28,174 nt of DNA from an uncultured Verrucomicrobiae bacterium (GTDB lineage: Bacteria > Verrucomicrobiota > Verrucomicrobiia > Limisphaerales > JAFGQR01): contig CAWBHS010000040.1 of NCBI GenBank assembly GCA_963788655.1, positions 1 to 28,174 on the forward strand, written 5' to 3'. The notes under the pieces are model-generated. The model worked only from the letters and a program-made list of their open reading frames with translations. It ran no database searches and had not been told where the DNA came from. The translations under genes were made by a program, and so were the position numbers. This document shows positions 20,419-26,735 of the stretch, piece after piece. Numbering within the stretch: position 1 is the first letter of the stretch; each line of letters starts with the position of its first letter.

Positions 20419-20976
20419 CGTCGTGCGCCCGCCGCGGTCATTCAGCCGTTTCGCTCCAAAGCTGTGCGGCAAAAATCCTTTTTGGACCGACCGTTCGCCC
20501 CGCTGCGAATGAACGCCATGCCGGGTGACCATGAATGAAGTTTCCTGTTCGCCGGCGGGCTCTGGCTTCTTTTGCACAAGATGTCGCCGACGGCGCGAAC
20601 AGAACGTTTCGCCCGTGAAGAAGCGCGAACCAAGCTTTTCGCCGCGCGACCGGACTCGGTTCTGCGTTCATTGGTTCAATCAATTGCAACAGCCACGCGA
20701 ACTGCCCGGCGATCGGCGGCACCCGGACAATTCGACAGAGCCCTGCTTCCTCGTCTGCTACTGAGGTGGTTTCTGATCCCGGCCTCAGCGAAGGCAACCA
20801 ACAAGTTGGCGCTGGTGGCGACACTTCGAACATGGACGCGCGGCTGCGGGCGGATGGATTGGCTCCGCGTCTGCTAGAAGGGTTTCAACGTTTCGGGCGC
20901 AGATCAAATGGCTGCGGCCGGGTGTGCCTGTGGACCACAGGCTTTTGAACGAAACTTGAACGACGGGATGACCGTA

Positions 20977-20991
20977 ATGAAAGGTAATCAT
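20977..20991. promoter_or_regulatory. candidate LysR autoregulatory operator
   Basis: ATGA-AAGGTAA-TCAT immediately before the LysR start, with the same A-ATGA-N7-TCAT-CG context as 20404. Confidence 0.5.
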
Positions 20992-20993
20992 CG

Positions 20994-21926
20994 ATGCATG
21001 GACCGCTGGACAGCAGGCAATTGAGGGCGTTCGCCATCCTGGCGAGAACTTCGAGCTTCACCTTGGCTGCAAAGGAATTGTTCCTCTCACAGTCGGCGGT
21101 CAGTCATTCCATGAAAGCCCTCGAATCCGATATTGGTTGTCGGCTTTTTGACAGGGTGGGCAAAAAAGTTTTGCTCACCCAGGCGGGCGAACAGTTGCTG
21201 GCGCACGCGGATAAGATTCTTGGCGAAATGTCCGAGGCCCGCGAGTCCATCCGTCAGCTCGGCCGCTGGGGCCGCACCCGCCTGCGCATCGGGGCCAGCA
21301 CCACCGGTTGCACCTACCTGTTGCCGTCGGTCCTGCGTGAGTTTCGAGAAAGTTTTCCGCAATGTACGATTGCCATTGAACCGGGCGACACGCCGGAACT
21401 CTTGGAATTGCTGGCCGGTAACCGCATCGATCTGGCGATTGGCATGAAGCCCCACCGCGAGGACCAGTTTGAGTTCAAGGAACTTTTCTCCGACGAATTG
21501 AAGTTTCTCGTGGGACCGCAACATCCGTGGGCGCGGGCGGGTCAGGTCACGCGGGCCGAGATCCCACGGCAAAACTACATTCTCTACAGCAAAAAGAGCT
21601 ATACGTTTCGGCAGGTGGAGGACTATTTCCTGGAGGAAGACATGGTGCTGAACACGTGCATCGAGCTGGGCAGCATGGAGGCGATCAAGGAAATGGTAAA
21701 ACTGGAACTGGGCATCTGCGTGCTGGCTCCCTGGGTGGCGCATAAGGAATTGCGCGAAGGTTCACTGGTCGCCCTTCCGCTGGGTCGTCGAAAACTGCGA
21801 CGCACTTGGGGCGTGCTCCACTGGCGCGGGCGACGGCTGAGCCTGCCAGAAGAATCATTCGTGGGTCTCTGTCGTGAAGGCACCATCGGGTTGAGTTCGT
21901 TGTCCGCCGACGATCTGGCCGCATAA
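20994..21926 (+). CDS. LysR-family transcriptional regulator
   Basis: RQLRAF...SFTLAAKELFLSQSAVSHSMKALE...LFDR...LTQAG HTH, then a substrate-binding domain. 310 aa. Confidence 0.95.
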   Translation: MHGPLDSRQLRAFAILARTSSFTLAAKELFLSQSAVSHSMKALESDIGCRLFDRVGKKVLLTQAGEQLLAHADKILGEMSEARESIRQLGRWGRTRLRIGASTTGCTYLLPSVLREFRESFPQCTIAIEPGDTPELLELLAGNRIDLAIGMKPHREDQFEFKELFSDELKFLVGPQHPWARAGQVTRAEIPRQNYILYSKKSYTFRQVEDYFLEEDMVLNTCIELGSMEAIKEMVKLELGICVLAPWVAHKELREGSLVALPLGRRKLRRTWGVLHWRGRRLSLPEESFVGLCREGTIGLSSLSADDLAA

Positions 21927-21929
21927 GCA

Positions 21930-22127
21930 AATCCTCGGGCAGTCAGCTTCGAAGCAAGGTTGATCGAACGCCAGAAAACTGTTTATGCCGCGTCATCCGG
22001 CACACCGGCACAGACTACCGCTTATGTCACCCTCACCGGTCAGTTGAAATCCCAGACCGATCCGGATGGGGTGATCACGCGTTACGCCCACAATGCGAAG
22101 GGTGAACTATTCGAGACGGCCATTGAT
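21930..22127 (+). pseudogene. RHS/YD-repeat fragment
   Basis: GQLKSQTDPDGVITRYAHNAKGEL resembles a YD repeat. No real start, and cut by the IS21 end at 22128. Confidence 0.6.
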
Positions 22128-22318
22128 TGTCAGCGGGCAGTCAAAACCGGCCAGGGATGGGCGAATGAAAACCAGCCACTTTGAGAGTGGGATTGCGCAC
22201 GGGGCGGCGAAGGCCGCACAGGTGCGCGATGAACCAACTCAACGTGAGCCTGCAACATTCCATCGCAACGCTGGCGGCCAATGGCTGGTCGGCCCGCAAG
22301 ATTGCCCGCCAGCTGGGC
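22128..22318 (+). mobile_element. istA: IS21-family left end with istA N-terminal fragment
   Basis: Begins TGTCAGCGG with internal repeats AAAACCGGCCA/AAAACCAGCCA. ATG 22229 MNQLNVSLQHSIATLAANGWSARKIARQLG (HTH), then breaks off. Confidence 0.75.
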
Positions 22319-22627
22319 GGTGCCCCGGGCACCTGTCCGGATAGGAGCTGGTGCCGGACGACATCTCCGGGCACACAAAGACGCGGCGACACCGGCCGGC
22401 AGCACTCACGCGCAAGACTCCGGGAAGACCCCGGAAAGGAAGGCTTGGAAGAAAATGACGTGAAGCAACCCGAAGTGGAAAAGGACGCCCGGAGTGGGTG
22501 GGGAGCACCACCGCTGGCGCGCGCGTCTTCGCTTCACTCCGTTGCGCTCCGCGCGATCAACCCACCGAAAATACTCAGCACCGAAAAACCTGGCGGCTTA
22601 ATCACGCCCCTTGACAACCCTCATAGG
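22319..22627 (+). mobile_element. probable right-end remnant of a second, different IS110-family element
   Basis: Ends CCCCTTGACAACCCTCATAGG (TTGACA just inside the end, as seen in IS110 right ends) and abuts a half attC. No recognisable transposase motif remains. Confidence 0.4.
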
Positions 22628-22648
22628 GGCTCCGGCGTCTTGTTAGGT
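22628..22648 (-). other. attC half site (R'' and L'' only)
   Basis: Minus strand ACCTAAC-AAGAC-GCCGGAGC overlapping the cassette stop codon, then interrupted. Confidence 0.7.
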
Positions 22649-22960
22649 GTGTTCACACTCATACTCTAAGAAGCCACCTCGGATAAAAAGTCTGACACTG
22701 CCTTCGTCTATAAACTCCAAAACACTGTGGCCGGACTCATGTTTTGTGAGCCTAATAGTATCTACGTCAAATGACGGAAAAAACCGCACCTCGATTGGAC
22801 TCGTGCACCTAATCACCAAATCGCGATAATAAGAAACGTCTCTGGTTCCAACGATCACGATCTGTTCCTTACCAAAGTCGTAGCTCTCCACAAAAAAGCC
22901 ATCGTGCAGAGTTGGAAGCAACTCATTAATCGTATCCAGATGTTCAAGCAGTGAGCGCAT
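22643..22960 (-). CDS. integron cassette gene, hypothetical (immunity-protein-like)
   Basis: 105 aa, lower GC. Cassette start GTTAGGTGTGT is complementary to its end ACACACCTAAC over 11 bp. Confidence 0.75.
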   Translation of the reverse strand: MRSLLEHLDTINELLPTLHDGFFVESYDFGKEQIVIVGTRDVSYYRDLVIRCTSPIEVRFFPSFDVDTIRLTKHESGHSVLEFIDEGSVRLFIRGGFLEYECEHT

Positions 22961-23158
22961 ACACACCTAACGAAAAAATATAGGTAATCCGAAGTTATTC
23001 ATCCGGGGACGAGCGGAGCCGCCTGGCGGAGCTCGGCGAAGGACCCGGTGAATAACTTCGTCGCGCCGGGAAATGTTCCGGCGCCCGGCAGGTTTCGGAT
23101 GGCTGACTGGATTCATTCTGCTATCCGTTTCCGCGACTGGTTTTCCCGCCCCGGCGGG

Positions 23159-23899
23159 GTGGCAGGGCCACTTCCCCGTCGCGCTGCGCGCAGCGCCTTG
23201 GGCCGCCGGACCTTCCGGCCCGGCCCGCCGGGCGGGACTTGACCCTCTCAACGACTCCTCAAGAGGGCGTCTCTCATTCACTGTTGAGGACTCTTCTATA
23301 TTGCCGTCGCCCGGGTCAAGTCTGCGGGCAAGGCGGGGCCTTGACCCAAACGCGCTCCGCGCGAAGCGCTGTGGGAAGCGGGCACTGCCCGCCCTGGTCA
23401 TCGGCCTGGATCGCTCCGATCGCAAGGCCGACCTGCACTTCATTGAAACCGCCTCCGGCAAACAATGGTCCCAGACCATCGAGACCAAACCCGAGGCGCT
23501 CCACGACTGGCTGGCCCAGCTGCGCCAGCAGTATCCCGAGGCGAAGATCGGGCTGTGCGTCGAGCAACCCGCCGGGGCGATCATCGCCTTCGTCGAGGCC
23601 TACGCCTGGATCACGATCCACGCGATCAACGAGGCGAAGCCTCGACCCAATGCGCGCGGCCAGCGCGTGGGCGCAGGCACTGCCTGCCCAAGGACGCCCG
23701 TTACCTGGCCGAACTCCTTTGGCATCATTGGGCCGAGCTGCCGGTCTGGTTGCCGGAGGATTCGGCCACCCGCAAACTCCAGCTGTTGGTGGTCCACCGC
23801 CGGGCCGTCGTCGATGAACGCACCGGCCTCACCAACAAGGCAAAGCCTTGACCCAATGCGCTTCGCGCGCAGCGCGTGTGGGAGGCAGGCACTGCCTGC
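23159..23899 (+). repeat. four dispersed copies of a ~60-nt triple-hairpin motif (23159-23219, 23330-23392, 23631-23687, 23837-23899)
   Basis: Copies 2-4 share (A/G)AGGC-NNN-GCCT(T/C)-GACCCAA..GCGC..AGCGC..TGGG..GC(A/G)GGC-ACT-GCC(T/C)GC. Copy 1 has the same fold with diverged sequence. All four are absent from IS copy 2. Confidence 0.8.
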
Positions 23900-24669
23900 T
23901 GGCGGCCGCTGGCCACTGACTTCCTCCTCAAGTGGCCGACTTGCAGAAGGTGATGAAGGTCAAAACCGCGACGCTGATGCAGTTCTATTATGTGCATGGC
24001 TCGCGCAGTGAAAAGGCGATCGAGCGCCGGCTGAGCCTGATCGAACAGGCCGTGCCCTTGACCGATGAACCGGCGTTGCTGGAGAGCTTCACCCTGCGCG
24101 TGCAGCTCCTCTGCCGGGAACTCAAGCTGGTGGTCAACGCGATCAAGGACTACGACCGGCAGATCACCGAAGCCTTCGACGCGCATCCCGACCGCGAGAT
24201 CTTCCGTAATCTCCCCGGGGCCGGACCGACCTTCGCGCCCCGCCTGCTGGCCAGCCTGGGTTCGCAGCGGGAGCGTTTTGCCGATGCGGCGGCGTTGCAG
24301 CATTACAGCGGCATCGCGCCGGTGACCAAACAGAGCGGCGGCAAACGCCACGTGCATCGGCGCTACCTGTGCCCGAAATTCCTGCGCCAGAGTTTTCATG
24401 AGTACGCCAAGGAATCGATCCTCCACAGCCGCTGGGCGGCGGCGTTCTATCAGCAGCAACGGGAGAAGGGTTGTCCGCATCACACGGCGGTGCGGGCGCT
24501 GGCCTTCAAATGGCAACGGATCATCTTCCGCCTGTGGCAGGACAAACAAGTCTACCGCGAGGAAACCTACGAAGCCGCGCTGAAGAAAACCAGGAGCCCG
24601 CTGGTGGCCCGGCTGGAACATATCGAAGTGGGCAAAAGCCCCTTCAAAAACCCGGCGAAGAAAAACTGA
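23393..24669 (+). pseudogene. IS110 transposase pseudogene
   Basis: LVIGLDRSD...CVEQ and QHYSGIAPVTKQSG retained. The start codon and the AKDDAKD catalytic segment are lost to replaced segments, with frameshifts. Confidence 0.88.
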
Positions 24670-24787
24670 AAAACCACTTGTCGGATGCCCTCAGAGGGGA
24701 ACTCAGCGACGCCGGGCCAAGCGTATCGGACATGAAACCAAAGCGTAATCCCGGCGTTCGCTGTAGTGATTTTGTTCGGCTTCCATC

Positions 24788-25015
24788 TCATTGCCGCTCT
24801 TGAATGAACTCCTCCGCCGTAAGTCCGATGTCGCGAGCGATTTGTCGCAGGAGAATTGGGGAAACGTCTCGACCGGGATGATTCGGAACGGTGGTTCCCC
24901 GGCCGTCAGCGTGTCTGTACTGCAAATGCGAACCACGCTGCCGCACAAGCAGAAACCCCAAGGCCTCGAGCCGACGGCAGACCTCGCGTGGTTTTAGAAC
25001 TGGCAGCTTGCCCAT
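24788..25015 (-). CDS. hicA: HicA-family toxin (mRNA interferase)
   Basis: LEALGF..VRQRGSH..YRHADGRGTTVPNH...LLRQI, 75 aa. Confidence 0.93.
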   Translation of the reverse strand: MGKLPVLKPREVCRRLEALGFLLVRQRGSHLQYRHADGRGTTVPNHPGRDVSPILLRQIARDIGLTAEEFIQERQ

Positions 25016-25018
25016 ACA

Positions 25019-25228
25019 CTAGCCCACCTGAATCATTTGTGTGCCAACAAAATCCGCTTCCAAGGACGGCTCACCGTCCTCAAGGAGCATGCTGATTACC
25101 TCCTCCAGATTCTCCTTCAATTCATCAAGCGAAGCCCCCTGGGAATGTGCTCCAGCAAACCCGGGAACGTAGCCGACATAAAGGCCGGTGTCGGCGCATT
25201 TCTCAACAATCGCTGTAAACAATTTCAT
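25019..25228 (-). CDS. hicB: HicB-family antitoxin (short form, no DNA-binding domain)
   Basis: YVGYVPGFAGAHSQGASLDELKENLEEVISMLLE, 69 aa, 3 nt upstream of hicA. Confidence 0.92.
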   Translation of the reverse strand: MKLFTAIVEKCADTGLYVGYVPGFAGAHSQGASLDELKENLEEVISMLLEDGEPSLEADFVGTQMIQVG

Positions 25229-25234
25229 ATCCGG

Positions 25235-25265
25235 AGATTACTTGGTTCCGCTGAAACTGCGTCAA
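25235..25265 (-). promoter_or_regulatory. cassette-internal promoter for hicBA
   Basis: TTGACG-N19-TAATCT, 6 nt before ATG. The spacer is long, so this is tentative. Confidence 0.4.
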
Positions 25266-25285
25266 AGCCCAAGACCCACGCAAAC

Positions 25286-25344
25286 GCCGAACGTCGAGGT
25301 CAGGCGCGGCGCGCAGCGTCGTTGCCTGCACCGATTTGTTCGAC
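25286..25344 (-). other. intact 59-bp attC site
   Basis: Minus strand GTCGAAC-AAATC-GGTGCAGG...CCTGACC-TCGAC-GTTCGGC, with one extra base in L''. Confidence 0.9.
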
Positions 25345-25348
25345 CCGG

Positions 25349-25928
25349 TTATTTACGTTTGAGGAGAGCAAAACCAAAGTCTTCTTTTCTGTCAGGTGCT
25401 GTGAAGAGTTCGAAAGTTCGCACAATACTTCTTGTCGTAGTCAATGAGAGTAGTGTCGAGGCCACGCTTATTCTTGGCTGACTTCTCGATCTTCTCGAAT
25501 GGATTCTTTGCTTCGGCTGAAACGTCACGAAAGAGTGCCAGGAACCAGCAGTATGCATTTGAATTGAAACTGTGACACTTGTTTAGGTCGGTCTTCACTT
25601 TCCCAGGGGTGAAGTCGCCAACTAATCAAGAATGGGTGGCCACCTTTGGTGGGCCGAAGCCAGAGGTCAATCTGCTGTGGACGCTGCTCTCTTGCCCGTC
25701 TTGATCTTCCACTCTCTTCGGATCTCGTAGTCTCGAAGAACGGGAGACATGAGTAAATGCTCATATAACGACGTCACAATACCGGTCTCAAACAGGGTCG
25801 AGACATTGAGATTTGCGTGAACCGAACCTGGTCGATCATGGGTGAGAAGCAACAGGCGATACGCGAAGAACACGACTGCCGGCTTCACCAAGTCAAAGAC
25901 TGTTCGGGGAATCTTCGCTTCGGTGCAT
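25349..25928 (-). CDS. cassette gene (~190 aa if several frameshifts are corrected), possible PD-(D/E)xK nuclease fold
   Basis: Consecutive ORF pieces 25667..25891, 25525..25764, 25392..25598 and 25349..25558 tile the interval between two attC sites. Motifs LFETG, EIRREW, QQIDLWL. Confidence 0.6.
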
Positions 25929-25936
25929 ACTTCTTT

Positions 25937-26029
25937 GTCGAACGTTCCGGATCAGTGACCCGGCGCCGCTGGTCCTCGATTGCAAGCCGGAGCGCCATCG
26001 CCGGGTTCACTGCATCCGGTTTGTTATGC
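25937..26029 (-). other. intact 93-bp attC site
   Basis: Minus strand GCATAAC-AAACCG-GATGCAGT-GAACCCGGCG...CGCCGGGTC-ACTGATC-CGGAAC-GTTCGAC. Confidence 0.9.
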
Positions 26030-26033
26030 CTTT

Positions 26034-26350
26034 TCATGTTTCGGCGATGTGAAAAAACAAACACTTCGTCGTCAATCAGTGCCTGCTCGAAATACTGCCT
26101 GCCCTCCGACTTTCCCTGATAGGTCTCCTCAGATACCAAGATACTGTCTTCGAGGGAAAGAGCCACCCATCCATGATCCTCGATCCATCCTTTTGCGATC
26201 AGGTAAGCATTCTTCCTCGTCTGAATTCTTGATCCAGTATCCCACGGACGCGCCGCCATACTCCTTCTCGTGTGCGAAAGTCGGGTCTTGAGCAGCATCG
26301 ATTATCAGATACTGCATCGGGATACGCTCGTGCTCGGAGTATTCAGGCAT
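26034..26350 (-). CDS. cassette gene, acidic hypothetical protein (~105 aa, apparent frameshifts near 26210 and 26055)
   Basis: MPEYSEH...GGASVGYWIKNSDEE joins NAYLIAKGWIEDHGW...YFEQALIDDEVFVF. The ATG lies inside the R' box GTTATGC, which matches its R'' GCATAAC. Confidence 0.65.
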
Positions 26351-26358
26351 AACGACAA

Positions 26359-26700
26359 TATAGGTAATCCGAAGTTATTCATCCGGGGACGAGCGGAGCC
26401 GCCTGGCGGAGCTCGGCGAAGGACCCGGTGAATAACTTCGTCGCGCCGGGAAATCCCGGCGCCCGGCAGGTTTCGGATGGCTGACTGGATTCATTCTGCT
26501 ATCCGTTTCCGCGACTGGTTTTCCCGCCCCGGCGGGGTGGCAGGTCTGCTAACGTTCCGTCGCGCTCGCACGACTTTGAGCTATTATGGACCGGCCCGCC
26601 GGGCGGGACTTGACCCCCTTAACGACTCCTCAAGAGGGCGTCTCTCAATCTGATGACGACTCTTCTATATTGCCGTCGCCCGGGTCAAGTCTGCGGGCAA
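26359..26700 (+). ncRNA. putative IS110 bridge RNA (target-binding loop ~26543-26592, donor-binding loop 26607-26691)
   Basis: Two stems, each enclosing an internal loop and an inner hairpin. Loop segments AGAGGG and CTATATT match the IS ends; CTAACGTT and TGAGCT match attC. Exact RNA ends unknown. Confidence 0.75.
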
Positions 26701-26735
26701 GGCCACCCAACTAAAACACTCAAACCCCAGCGTTC

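Larger units (their letters stand above)
22979..24700 (+). mobile_element. IS110-family element, copy 1 (transposase disrupted)
   Basis: Near-identical to 26359-28070 from TATAGGTAATCC to CTCAGAGGGGA. No long terminal IRs or TSD. Confidence 0.92.
22965..24780 (-). other. attC site split by IS110 copy 1 (arms 24701-24780 and 22965-22978)
   Basis: Minus strand GCCGAAC-AAAATC-ACTACAGC...GCTGAGT-[IS]-TTTTTTC-GTTAGGT, with inner stem AACGCCGGG/CCCGGCGT. Confidence 0.85.

Noticed and set aside
20320..20990. Sigma54 promoter and ANTAR twin hairpins upstream of the NasS-like gene
   Set aside because: Candidate GG...GC spacings are 8, 9 or 11 rather than 10, and no convincing pair of hexaloop hairpins was found.
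20313..20991. Several 60-130-aa ORFs in the intergenic region, and the 20414 start for the NasS-like gene
   Set aside because: No motifs or RBS support, they overlap on both strands, and the extension lies over the candidate operator.
22181..22669. 162-aa ORF as an intact gene
   Set aside because: Chimera of an istA N-terminus, unrelated IS-end sequence and an attC.
23167..23202. Copy-1 loop segment GCCACTTCCC as a guide that targeted the overwritten blocks (each native block contains ACTT with 6-7 nt matches)
   Set aside because: Matches are short, and similar ACTT contexts elsewhere in the IS (e.g. ~23436, ~23920) were not replaced. Chance cannot be excluded.
23159..23899. CRISPR or TIGR-type array interpretation of the repeated motif
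   Set aside because: Units are ~60 nt with irregular 110-238-nt gaps that are simply the IS sequence. No cas or Tas-like gene in the window.
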